Shown here: in pieces, positions 26,641-35,016 of the stretch | Layout: every line of letters begins with the position of its first letter | Numbering within the stretch: the first letter of the stretch is position 1 | Source of the DNA: Bacteroidales bacterium UBA5326 | GTDB taxonomy: Bacteria > Bacteroidota > Bacteroidia > Bacteroidales > UBA932 | NCBI GenBank assembly: GCA_002408205.1 | Contig: DHQY01000003.1 | Span: 132 to 64,131 of the forward strand | Direction: 5' to 3' | Length of the DNA: 64,000 bases | Program-made: the position numbers and the translations under genes | The notes under the pieces: generated by a model | Seen by the model: the letters and a program-made list of their open reading frames with translations, nothing else | What the model was told of the DNA's origin: nothing | The model's database searches: none

Positions 26641-27666
26641 TTATTGTCTGATTACTGAGGCAGCTATATTATCGGTAACAAAAGTTTCAAAAGATCCGTT
26701 GTGGTCATAAATCAGGAATGCTCCCAGCTCGGGATGCAACGAAAGGAATGTCTTACTCTTTTCTAATCCCATAACCATAAGAGCAGTGGCATATGCATCG
26801 GCCGTCATACAATCACTGGCAATTACCGTCACGCTTAAAAGGGAATGTTGTACAGGGAATCCGGTTACCGGGTCAATTATATGGGCATATTTTTTCCCAT
26901 TCTCCATATAATAATTTCTGTAATTGCCCGAGGTGGCCAGTCCTTTTCCCGAAGTCAGAGTAAGCACTGTCTGCAGATCCTTTCCCGGGGAATTGTTTCC
27001 GTCAACGGGACTGTCTATGCCAATCCGCCAGGATTGGCCCTGGGGATTTACCCCTTTGCAAACGATCTCGCCTCCGATTTCAACAAGATAATCAGGGATA
27101 CCCAGCGAATCGAGCCTGTGTCCGGCCAGATCGCTGGTAAATCCTTTGGCTATGGCGTTCATGCTCAAAGTTGCCTTAGGATGGGTTTTGGAAATGACCC
27201 CATCTTTCAGATTAAACAGGTGCATCCCGGTCTGTTTTTTTATTTCTTCTATCTGTGCCTGTGTTACCGGGATTCTGTCATGTTCTCCAAAACCCCACGC
27301 ATCAAAAAGAGGACCGGCGGAAATATCAAAAGCACCGCCCGTCAAAAGATTAATTTCGACAGATCTCCTGAATACAATGTTGAACAGACTGTCTGTGTTT
27401 ACGGTAAGATTATTGTTTAGTCTGCTGATTAAGGAATGATTATTGTATATCGACAATGAGTTGTTCACCTGATCAAAACAACCGTCCAGGGCCGTTTGAA
27501 CAGTTTGAGTAAAAGACGGGGAGGCTCCTTCCGGCATTTTGAAAGTGACAGCATAAGTGGTTCCCAAAGCGAATCCGTTTATCCGTCCGTATTCACTGTG
27601 GGGACTACAATACGAAAAAAGCAGGACAATTCCGGCAAATACACAAAAAATCGGTTTTGTTCTCAT
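26641..27666 (-). CDS. apbE: FAD:protein FMN transferase ApbE (lipoprotein), copy 2
   Basis: About 341 aa, lipobox FSYCS, ApbE motifs (ALGTTYAVTF; AKGFTSDL; SGNYRNY). The ORF track start at 27669 is a TTG; the ATG is at 27666. Confidence 0.85.
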   Translation of the reverse strand: MRTKPIFCVFAGIVLLFSYCSPHSEYGRINGFALGTTYAVTFKMPEGASPSFTQTVQTALDGCFDQVNNSLSIYNNHSLISRLNNNLTVNTDSLFNIVFRRSVEINLLTGGAFDISAGPLFDAWGFGEHDRIPVTQAQIEEIKKQTGMHLFNLKDGVISKTHPKATLSMNAIAKGFTSDLAGHRLDSLGIPDYLVEIGGEIVCKGVNPQGQSWRIGIDSPVDGNNSPGKDLQTVLTLTSGKGLATSGNYRNYYMENGKKYAHIIDPVTGFPVQHSLLSVTVIASDCMTADAYATALMVMGLEKSKTFLSLHPELGAFLIYDHNGSFETFVTDNIAASVIRQ

Positions 27667-27671
27667 CAATA

Positions 27672-27679
27672 CAAAGCTA
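27672..27679 (-). promoter_or_regulatory. TAnnTTTG -7 box (TAGCTTTG on the minus strand) abutting the apbE copy 2 start
   Basis: Plus strand reads CAAAGCTA. Five nt separate the box from the ATG at 27666, which predicts a leaderless mRNA. Confidence 0.4.
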
Positions 27680-27691
27680 CAAATTTTTGCC

Positions 27692-27699
27692 TACATTTG
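27692..27699 (+). promoter_or_regulatory. TAnnTTTG -7 box (TACATTTG) for the FISUMP-TPM-TPM cluster
   Basis: The box is 16 nt upstream of the ATG at 27716 and lies inside the over-extended ORF that starts at 27557. Confidence 0.45.
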
Positions 27700-27715
27700 C
27701 AGATCATTACAGGAT

Positions 27716-28774
27716 ATGAATAAGAAAAGCCTTCTACCGTACCTTTTTATTTTCGGTCTTTTTTTGCTTGTCTTTGCCGGATGCAAAGATGACGATGAGG
27801 ATGACACACTTTACATGTCGGGCACGCTGAGTTTTAATCTGCCCAACTATGCCTTTCCCGGAGACTCGTTCCTTGTCGAGGCTTCGGGCATTACTGCTCC
27901 TCAGGGCGACTCGGTGGTATATACGTTCAAAGGTGAATATTTTACTCCCGATTCTGTTGTCGCAAAATCCTTTCAGGTTAAAGTTCCTGAAACTACAGGT
28001 TCTTACAGTATGACCCTCCTGGCTACGGCAGAAGGATACAGCAGTTCTTCCAACACACGTACTTTAAAAGTCATTCCAGAAGAGTTTCTTGCTATGGTTC
28101 AGGGTTTTGACGTGCCGGACGATTCCATTGCCGATCCCCGCGACAATAAAATTTATTATTACAGATCCTATGGAAACCTGGACTGGTTTGTGCAGAATCT
28201 GGACTGGAGGGGTGCCGGAATAACCTATTCCAACGAAGAAGCCCTCGGATATATGACTGGCAGTCTTTACACGTGGAACCAGGCACTTACCGGAGAAGAC
28301 GCACCGTCATCCATTCCTGCTCCCGTATATGGTTTAGGCCAGGGACCACGCGGCGTATGCCCTCCCGGATGGCACGTACCTACGCCTGAAGACTGGGCTG
28401 ATCTGGCTTCTGCCGTCTCGGGAACACATAAGGTGTTTCTTGACCCCTGGAGCGGATTGGCAGAAGGGTTCAGCCTGGATGCCACAGTGAACGGAAACAA
28501 AATCTGGAAATATCATCCCGACAATGAAAAAACAAATACTACCGGATGGAATGCCCTGCCAGCAGGATATGCTTCCATGTCCGGTACGGATTTCGAAGGC
28601 TTTGGCCAAACTGCTTTCTGGTGGAGCACAGGGGCCGACGGCAGTCAGGGGTATTATCGTTTCATTCATTATGCCATAAATCGGTTTTCGTATGCAAGTA
28701 CAGATAAATCGGCCGTTTACGCTTCTGTAAGATGTGTCCGTACAACCGGGGTTGGCCCTCAAACAAACGAATAG
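27716..28774 (+). CDS. Lipoprotein with Fibrobacter-succinogenes-major-paralogous (FISUMP) domain
   Basis: Lipobox LVFAGCKDDDEDD. C-terminal FISUMP hallmarks: WFVQNLDW, GSLYTWNQA, CPPGWHVPTPEDWADL, FWWS, VRCVR. Start trimmed from 27557 to the signal-peptide ATG. Confidence 0.8.
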   Translation: MNKKSLLPYLFIFGLFLLVFAGCKDDDEDDTLYMSGTLSFNLPNYAFPGDSFLVEASGITAPQGDSVVYTFKGEYFTPDSVVAKSFQVKVPETTGSYSMTLLATAEGYSSSSNTRTLKVIPEEFLAMVQGFDVPDDSIADPRDNKIYYYRSYGNLDWFVQNLDWRGAGITYSNEEALGYMTGSLYTWNQALTGEDAPSSIPAPVYGLGQGPRGVCPPGWHVPTPEDWADLASAVSGTHKVFLDPWSGLAEGFSLDATVNGNKIWKYHPDNEKTNTTGWNALPAGYASMSGTDFEGFGQTAFWWSTGADGSQGYYRFIHYAINRFSYASTDKSAVYASVRCVRTTGVGPQTNE

Positions 28775-29206
28775 ATGGCTGCTTTTTTATCATCTCAGGA
28801 AAGAAAACAAATTGTGAGTGCCATTACTCAGGCCGAGCTTAATACCTCGGGAGAAATACGTGTTCATGTGGAAACGTACTGTCCTTCGTCTTCCATCGAA
28901 AGGGCAATTTTTGTATTCAACCAGCTTAAGATGTACAAAACGAAAGAACGTAATTCGGTGCTGATCTATTTTGCCACTGAGTCCAAGAAGTTTGCCGTTA
29001 TAGGCGATACAGGCATCAATGCTGTGGTGCCTGAAGATTTCTGGGAATCTATAAAGGAGACCATGCGTGTTTCCTTTATGGACGGATATTTTGTTGAGGG
29101 CATATGTAAGGGGGTTAAAGAAATAGGGCAAAAACTAAAGGCTTTTTTCCCTATTAGTAAAGAAGATGTGAACGAATTATCCAACGAAATATCTATTGGA
29201 GAATGA
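28775..29206 (+). CDS. Small TPM-domain protein (no signal peptide)
   Basis: 143 aa. Motifs ELNTSGEIRVHVE, LIYFATESKKFAVIGDTGIN and NELSNEISIG are typical of the short TPM/TLP18.3-like family. Its ATG directly follows the upstream stop. Confidence 0.75.
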   Translation: MAAFLSSQERKQIVSAITQAELNTSGEIRVHVETYCPSSSIERAIFVFNQLKMYKTKERNSVLIYFATESKKFAVIGDTGINAVVPEDFWESIKETMRVSFMDGYFVEGICKGVKEIGQKLKAFFPISKEDVNELSNEISIGE

Positions 29207-30018
29207 AAAAAAGCCGGTTAACAACAGTCTTCATATTATTACTGAGCGTTTTTTATTCACTGCAGGCCCAGGTTCCTGAACGCCCGGCGGTACAAAAACT
29301 TGTTAATGATTTTAGCGGACTGCTCACACTGGAGCAGCAGAATGAACTTGAGGCAGAACTGGTTGATTTTGATAATTCCACGTCAAATCAAGTATGCGTT
29401 GTGACAGTTCCGGATCTGCAGGGAGCAGATATAAATATGTCTGCTTACGAGATTCTTTCCGGCTGGGGTGTGGGATCTTCGGCCAATAATAACGGCGTTG
29501 TTTTGCTGGTGGAGCATACAATAGGCCGACAAGGGGGCAGGGTGGCCATTTCTGTAGGTTACGGCCTGGAGGGCGTTCTGACCGATGCACTCTCAAAAAG
29601 GATTATTACCAATGAGATACTTCCTAATTTCAGACAGGATCTTTACTATGAAGGCATACTGGCCGGTGTTCGGTCAATCAAGGCGGTTGCTATTGGAGAA
29701 TACAATACGGAACGCACCGGAGCAGATGATTCTCCGGTTGGTTTGATAGGTGTTCTTACAATACTGTTCCTTTTTGTATTTGTAGTGATTATTGTGCTCA
29801 TTGCCAATCAGCGAAAAGGGCCCACAAATATGGGCGGAAGTAACCGGAAAGGACCCAGTGTGCTCGAACTTATTCTTTTAGCTAATCTCTTGGGCGGTGG
29901 CCGGAGCAGAGGAGGCTTCGGGGGAGGATTCGGTAGCGGCGGATTTGGCGGTGGCGGTGGTTTTGGCGGATTTGGTGGTGGTCTTGGCGGCGGAGGGGGT
30001 GCCTCCGGCAGCTGGTAA
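29203..30018 (+). CDS. YgcG-like TPM-domain membrane protein with Gly-rich C-terminal tail
   Basis: Signal peptide, TPM domain (VNDFSGLLT...VCVVTVPDLQG...VVLLV), one TM helix, and the tail GGGRSRGGFGGGFGSGGFGGGGGFGGFGGGLGGGGGASGSW. Confidence 0.82.
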   Translation: MKKSRLTTVFILLLSVFYSLQAQVPERPAVQKLVNDFSGLLTLEQQNELEAELVDFDNSTSNQVCVVTVPDLQGADINMSAYEILSGWGVGSSANNNGVVLLVEHTIGRQGGRVAISVGYGLEGVLTDALSKRIITNEILPNFRQDLYYEGILAGVRSIKAVAIGEYNTERTGADDSPVGLIGVLTILFLFVFVVIIVLIANQRKGPTNMGGSNRKGPSVLELILLANLLGGGRSRGGFGGGFGSGGFGGGGGFGGFGGGLGGGGGASGSW

Positions 30019-30954
30019 AGTACCGAATGCGGCTACAATTTTCTTAACCAGGGAATGTCTTATAATATCTCCCTGATCGAATTGGACGAGAGCAATTCCC
30101 TTTATCTTTCCCAGTAATTCTATACAACATTGCAACCCGCTGTCGGTTTTCCGGGGAAGATCAATCTGTGTGGTGTCTCCGGTAACAATAAATTTGGCAT
30201 CGGCGCCCATTCGGGTAAGGAACATTTTGAGTTGCGAAAGACTCGTGTTCTGTGCTTCGTCCAGGATTACGCAGGCATTATCCAACGTCCGGCCCCTCAT
30301 ATAAGCCAGAGGCGCTATTTGTACAACACCTTCCTCCATAAATAATTCAAGTTTTTTTGCAGGGATCATGTCCCTCAGAGCATCGTAAAGAGGTTGCAGG
30401 TAAGGATCCAGTTTCTCTTTCATATCTCCCGGCAAAAAACCCAATTGTTCACCTGCCTCAACGGCCGGTCGGGTGAGGATAATGCGTTTGATCTCTTTAT
30501 TTTTCAGGGCTCTTACTGCAAGGGCAATTGCGGTATATGTTTTCCCTGTGCCAGCGGGACCTTCGGCAAATATCAGGTCATTTTTTTCGTAGGCACAAAC
30601 AAGCTTTTCCTGGTTTTTGGTACGGGCTTTAATCAACCGTCCGTTATTACCGTAAACTAGGACATCGTCAATGTCTTCCTCAGTGGACATGGGTGAGTTT
30701 ATGACTCCTTCCAGAACAGAACGAATGCTCTCTTCCGACAGGTGCTGTTTTCGCTCGTATATGTTAACAAGACAATCCAGTTTCTCCTCAAAGCGGGCTA
30801 TATGCTTCGGCGGCCCCTGGACTTTTATCTGCTCTCCCCGTGCGACGATCTTTAATTGGGGGAAAGCTTTTGTGATAAGTGGAAGAAACGGGTTGTTGCG
30901 TCCATACAGGGCAGAAGGATGGATGGTCTCCAAAATAAAGGTTTTCTCGTTCAT
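29878..30954 (-). CDS. phoH: PhoH-like ATPase with about 40-aa low-complexity C-terminal extension
   Basis: Walker A GPAGTGKTY, Walker B VILDEAQN, conserved end DIIRHSLVKKIVAAF. The tail TLPAAGGTPSAAKTTTKSAKTTATAK... is encoded antisense to the ygcG Gly tail. Confidence 0.88.
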   Translation of the reverse strand: MNEKTFILETIHPSALYGRNNPFLPLITKAFPQLKIVARGEQIKVQGPPKHIARFEEKLDCLVNIYERKQHLSEESIRSVLEGVINSPMSTEEDIDDVLVYGNNGRLIKARTKNQEKLVCAYEKNDLIFAEGPAGTGKTYTAIALAVRALKNKEIKRIILTRPAVEAGEQLGFLPGDMKEKLDPYLQPLYDALRDMIPAKKLELFMEEGVVQIAPLAYMRGRTLDNACVILDEAQNTSLSQLKMFLTRMGADAKFIVTGDTTQIDLPRKTDSGLQCCIELLGKIKGIALVQFDQGDIIRHSLVKKIVAAFGTLPAAGGTPSAAKTTTKSAKTTATAKSAATESSPEASSAPATAQEIS

Positions 30955-32038
30955 TTAGCGGATATCTTTTACGCTCCTTACAATCCGGAGCATTTTTTTT
31001 CATAAAGTTGCGCAGTGAATCAATAGTTGCTGCAATAAGTGAAACTTCCTGTTGGTTTTTAATAAGGTTCCTGTAAAGACGGGGATCCGAAACGGGTAAT
31101 ACATGATATCTTTTTCCCGTTTTACCGGCAGGACGCCATGTCCATACCCATTCATGAAATGGTTGCACAATTTGAACCCTGCCATTTTTCCGGACAAGAT
31201 CAAAACCCAGCAGCATGCCGGCTCTGGACATGGGCCCCGGTTGATTCGAAATGAAATTTCCCAGTGAATAAGCTGTAAGGAACTCTATGTTACCGTTGTG
31301 ATCATAGGTGATATCAACACCTTGTGGAACATGGGGGTGTGATCCTATTACAGCTCCGGTTCCCTGTTTTTTTAGCCATAAAGCCAGACGTTTTTGTTCT
31401 GCTCCGGGTTTCATGCTGTATTCAACCCCCCAGTGAAGGCAGCATACAATGAAATCGGCTCCGGCTTGCTGCACTTCACGGATATCACATGCGATAGCTG
31501 TTGTATCAAGTATGTTCAGGCAAATATCTTTTGGTATGCGGTGTCCGTTGGTGCCGTATGTATAATTGAGCAGACCCAAACGTATTCCGTTGTGTTCCAG
31601 GAGCAGCCACTTATTGCTTGTCCCGCAGTGATCTACGCCAATGGAATCGTATAAAGCAACAGATCGCTTAACTCCCCGGGGCCCTCTGTCCAGGATATGG
31701 TTGTTGGCCGTAAGAAAAACATTTATCCCTGCATCACGGGCAGCTATTGCCAATTCATTGGGTGAACAGAAAAGGGGATATCCCGAATATGGTGCTCCGG
31801 CAAAGGTGGTTTCCATATTTATTATCACAAGATGGGCTCGATGAAAGTGATCGCTTATATAAGAAAAACACGTATCATAAGCATATGCTCCGTCACTTTG
31901 TACGGCGGCTTTGAGTTGCGGACTGTGCTGCATAAGATCTCCGGCAAATAACACACTCATGTGTCCGGCGGGTTGCGTAAAACATAATGCCGGATTCATT
32001 AACGTGAATGACAACAATATAAGCTTGATTATATTCAT
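30788..32038 (-). CDS. CapA/PGA_cap family metallophosphatase-fold protein (secreted)
   Basis: Signal peptide MNIIKLILLSFTLMNPALC, then FAGDLMQH, TANNHILD and other CapA family features. The 3' 167 nt overlap phoH. The ORF track start at 32056 is a TTG. Confidence 0.78.
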   Translation of the reverse strand: MNIIKLILLSFTLMNPALCFTQPAGHMSVLFAGDLMQHSPQLKAAVQSDGAYAYDTCFSYISDHFHRAHLVIINMETTFAGAPYSGYPLFCSPNELAIAARDAGINVFLTANNHILDRGPRGVKRSVALYDSIGVDHCGTSNKWLLLEHNGIRLGLLNYTYGTNGHRIPKDICLNILDTTAIACDIREVQQAGADFIVCCLHWGVEYSMKPGAEQKRLALWLKKQGTGAVIGSHPHVPQGVDITYDHNGNIEFLTAYSLGNFISNQPGPMSRAGMLLGFDLVRKNGRVQIVQPFHEWVWTWRPAGKTGKRYHVLPVSDPRLYRNLIKNQQEVSLIAATIDSLRNFMKKNAPDCKERKRYPLNERENLYFGDHPSFCPVWTQQPVSSTYHKSFPPIKDRRTGRADKSPGAAEAYSPL

Positions 32039-32091
32039 TCTCAAATGCCGGTGCAAGGTACGAGTTTTTTTATTGTTAGCTGTTTTTCATG

Positions 32092-32099
32092 TATATTTG
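32092..32099 (+). promoter_or_regulatory. TAnnTTTG -7 box (TATATTTG) for the SPOR-gcvT-M28 run
   Basis: The box is 30 nt upstream of the ATG at 32130. Confidence 0.45.
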
Positions 32100-32129
32100 C
32101 GGTGATTATTCATCTAAAACTTATCACTC

Positions 32130-32603
32130 ATGAAGAAATTTTGCCCTTTGCTGATTGGACTCCTGCTGCTCGGAAGTTTGAATTCCTGTGACTGGATCCG
32201 TTCCAGGCTGGGAATGCCTACGTCTGATGAGTTGAAATTGAGACAATCGCTTATGCTTCGCGATTCGCTCGATAAAGTGGCCCGTGCGCGGGAAGATTCC
32301 ATTTTGGAGCAGACCCGCCTCGACTCGCTGGAACGGATTGTTGATCAAAATAAAACTAAACGCTATCATGTTGTGATGGGCAGTTTTATAATGGACAACA
32401 ATGCACAAAGAATGATGAAAACGCTTACAACATATGGTTTTACACCTCAAAAAATTGAGTTCGCGAACGGCTATGCAGTGATTTCTGCGTTTCAGACCGA
32501 CGATCTCTCCCAGGCGTGCAAGCGTATGAATGAATTATTTGATCTGGATATTACTCCACACGATATCTGGATCTATGATATTAACCAAAATCTTCACAAA
32601 TAA
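32130..32603 (+). CDS. SPOR-domain lipoprotein
   Basis: Lipobox LGSLNSC. C-terminal SPOR-like segment ([26 protein letters not shown]....YAVISAFQT). Confidence 0.7.
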   Translation: MKKFCPLLIGLLLLGSLNSCDWIRSRLGMPTSDELKLRQSLMLRDSLDKVARAREDSILEQTRLDSLERIVDQNKTKRYHVVMGSFIMDNNAQRMMKTLTTYGFTPQKIEFANGYAVISAFQTDDLSQACKRMNELFDLDITPHDIWIYDINQNLHK

Positions 32604-32608
32604 TTATT

Positions 32609-33715
32609 ATGAAAACCACTGCATTTACCCGGTTCCATATTGAATTGGGCGCAAAAATGGCACCCTTTGCCGGTTATAATATGCCCATTGAATACAAGGG
32701 TATCAACACAGAACACATCCAGGTCCGTGAAAAGGTGGGTGTTTTTGATGTAAGCCATATGGGAGAGATCTGGGTAAAAGGACCGAATGCCCTTGCCTTT
32801 GTTCAGTATACCACTTCTAACGATGCCGCGTTACTTACTCCGGGCAAGGTTCAGTATTCCTGCTTCCCTAACGGAGAAGGTGGTATTGTGGATGATTTGC
32901 TTGTATATTGTATAGATTCCCGGACTTATCTTTTGGTTGTTAATGCGGCCAATGTACAAAAAGACTGGGACCACCTATGCCGTTTTGCTCCCATGTTTAA
33001 CCTTACTCCCGGCAAAGAACTCTACAATGCTTCCGATGAGATTTGCCAGTTAGCCATTCAGGGGCCTAAAGCGCTTGAAATAATGCAGAAGATATGTGAC
33101 ACTGCTGTTACGGATATGGAATACTATACTTTCAAAAAATGCACGGTTGCCGGCATACCGGAAGCTATCTTCTCCACCACGGGTTATACCGGAGCCGGAG
33201 GGTGTGAGGTATACGTAGCCAACGAAGACGGACCTAAATTGTGGAAAGCTGTATTTGAGGCCGGTGCAGAATATGATATTATGCCTATAGGACTTGGTGC
33301 CCGTGATACGCTGCGTTTGGAAATGGGCTTCTGTTTATACGGGAACGATATTGACGATTCCACTTCGCCTGTTGAGGCCGGACTTGGATGGATCACTAAA
33401 TTTTCCGATGCCAAGGGAGATTTTCTTGACAAAAACCTTCTTCTGGATCAGAAAACAAACGGCGTTTCCCGTAAGTTGGTGGGATTTAAAATGATAGACA
33501 AGGGCGTGCCGCGTCACGGCTATGAGGTTCTTACCAAGGACGGCAGAGTGATAGGTCATGTGACTTCGGGAACTATGTCGCCTATGTTAAAGATTGGCAT
33601 AGGAATGGCATATGTAGAAACGGCATATGCCAAACCCGGCACCGAAGTATTCATCGGGGTGCGTGACCGCTTATTGAAAGCCGGAGTGGTTCGTCCTCCG
33701 TTTTATAAAGTATAA
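32609..33715 (+). CDS. gcvT: Glycine cleavage system aminomethyltransferase (T protein)
   Basis: 368 aa, GcvT family sequence ([10 protein letters not shown]..., [18 protein letters not shown]). Confidence 0.94.
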   Translation: MKTTAFTRFHIELGAKMAPFAGYNMPIEYKGINTEHIQVREKVGVFDVSHMGEIWVKGPNALAFVQYTTSNDAALLTPGKVQYSCFPNGEGGIVDDLLVYCIDSRTYLLVVNAANVQKDWDHLCRFAPMFNLTPGKELYNASDEICQLAIQGPKALEIMQKICDTAVTDMEYYTFKKCTVAGIPEAIFSTTGYTGAGGCEVYVANEDGPKLWKAVFEAGAEYDIMPIGLGARDTLRLEMGFCLYGNDIDDSTSPVEAGLGWITKFSDAKGDFLDKNLLLDQKTNGVSRKLVGFKMIDKGVPRHGYEVLTKDGRVIGHVTSGTMSPMLKIGIGMAYVETAYAKPGTEVFIGVRDRLLKAGVVRPPFYKV

Positions 33716-35016
33716 TGAAACAACTGATCGTATTCTTTTGTCTGATCCTGAGTTTTGCCCGCGTGCAGGCTCAGGATTCTTTTGAAAAGTCATTGCAGAA
33801 ACATATTTCCGTTCTGACTGCGCCGCGAATGCAGGGAAGAGCCACCGGTACCAGGGGAGAAGCCCTTGCTGCTGAATACATTTCCGCTCAATTCAGCGAA
33901 GCCGGATTGGAGCTTTTGTATCCCAAAGGATACCAGGATTTTTCTATTGCAGATCCGGTTACCGGCGATACACTTTATTCCCGGAACATTGTGGCCGTGG
34001 TTCAGGGATACGACCCAAAACTACGTGAAGAATATATTGTAGTGGGAGCTCATTACGATCATCTGGGAAGCTATACAATGAAGGTTAACGGGCGTGATTC
34101 GCTCTGCATTTATTCCGGAGCCGATGCCAATGCTTCCGGAACAGCAGCCCTGCTTGAACTGGCAAAGGCTGCCCAGGGACGGTCCTTCATGTATAAACGG
34201 AGTATTATTTTCGTGGCCTTTGGTGCAGGTGAAAAGGGGGCAATGGGTTCGTGGTATTTTGCCAACCGGGCTTTTCCGGTTTCTTCGGTGCGAATGATGT
34301 TGAACCTGGACCGTATGGGGCGCCGTACCTTTGACAACTCCCCAATGGTTTTCACCGGGGTGCCCCACTATGAATCAGAAAGACTTTTGCGTCAGGTGGC
34401 AATGCAGCCCTATATGCCTCCTGTAACTGTGTTCGGGACGGACTACTTTGCCTCGGATCATCAGGCTTTTATAGATAAAGGAATTCCGGTGTGTCTTTTC
34501 ACAACAGGCCTCCATCCGCATCAGCAGACCTTGCGTGATACGCCCGAAATGATGGATTTTTCCCAAATGGATGCGTTCTGTCAGTATATCTCGGCCTTTA
34601 TTATGGAAGCGGCGAATGCGCCGGAAGATCTTTTCCGGTTTGAAAAGGCTCCTGCACCCGCCGGAACGGGAGGTGATAATCCCGTATTTGCATATTCGGA
34701 AGTGGATGTTCAGCCCAGGTTTTTGAATGCCGACATCCAGTCTTTTGTGGATAAATGGATCTACAAATATCTTGAATATCCCCGTGAGGCAGTAAAAGAG
34801 GGAATCAGGGGCAGGGTAATGGTCTCTTTCGTTGTAGAAGCAGACGGACAGATTACGCAAGTGGAAGTTACGCGTTCTGTGCATCCCCTGCTCGACAACG
34901 AGGCTATACGCGTGATATCTGCCTCGCCCAAATGGAAACCGGGCGAAAAATCGGGAAAAAAAGTAAGGGTGAAGATTGTGGTTCCTGTTTATTTTGAACT
35001 AACCAGAAACCGGTAA
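33715..35016 (+). CDS. Secreted M28-family peptidase fused to a TonB C-terminal domain
   Basis: Signal peptide. M28 features (VVGAHYDHLG, GADANASGTAALLELA, FGAGEKG). The last ~100 aa match Bacteroidetes TonB_C (YPREAVKEGIRGRVMVSFVVEADGQI..V.V.RS.HPLLDNEAIRVI...PKWKPGEKSGKKVRVK...PV.F). Confidence 0.8.
   Translation: MKQLIVFFCLILSFARVQAQDSFEKSLQKHISVLTAPRMQGRATGTRGEALAAEYISAQFSEAGLELLYPKGYQDFSIADPVTGDTLYSRNIVAVVQGYDPKLREEYIVVGAHYDHLGSYTMKVNGRDSLCIYSGADANASGTAALLELAKAAQGRSFMYKRSIIFVAFGAGEKGAMGSWYFANRAFPVSSVRMMLNLDRMGRRTFDNSPMVFTGVPHYESERLLRQVAMQPYMPPVTVFGTDYFASDHQAFIDKGIPVCLFTTGLHPHQQTLRDTPEMMDFSQMDAFCQYISAFIMEAANAPEDLFRFEKAPAPAGTGGDNPVFAYSEVDVQPRFLNADIQSFVDKWIYKYLEYPREAVKEGIRGRVMVSFVVEADGQITQVEVTRSVHPLLDNEAIRVISASPKWKPGEKSGKKVRVKIVVPVYFELTRNR

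Noticed and set aside
27557-27715. N-terminal extensions of several ORF-track calls (27557, 14021, 4764, 57584, 58986, 50787, 52940, 42190, 32056).
   Set aside because: The extensions overlap upstream genes or contain the gene's own -7 promoter box. Several begin at TTG. Internal ATGs give family-typical N-termini or signal peptides.
32057-32608. Glycine riboswitch upstream of gcvT, and an SAH riboswitch upstream of ahcY (58930-58969).
   Set aside because: gcvT starts 5 nt after the SPOR lipoprotein gene, and the 73-nt spacer upstream of that gene holds only a promoter box. The ahcY upstream spacer is 40 nt. Neither can hold a riboswitch.
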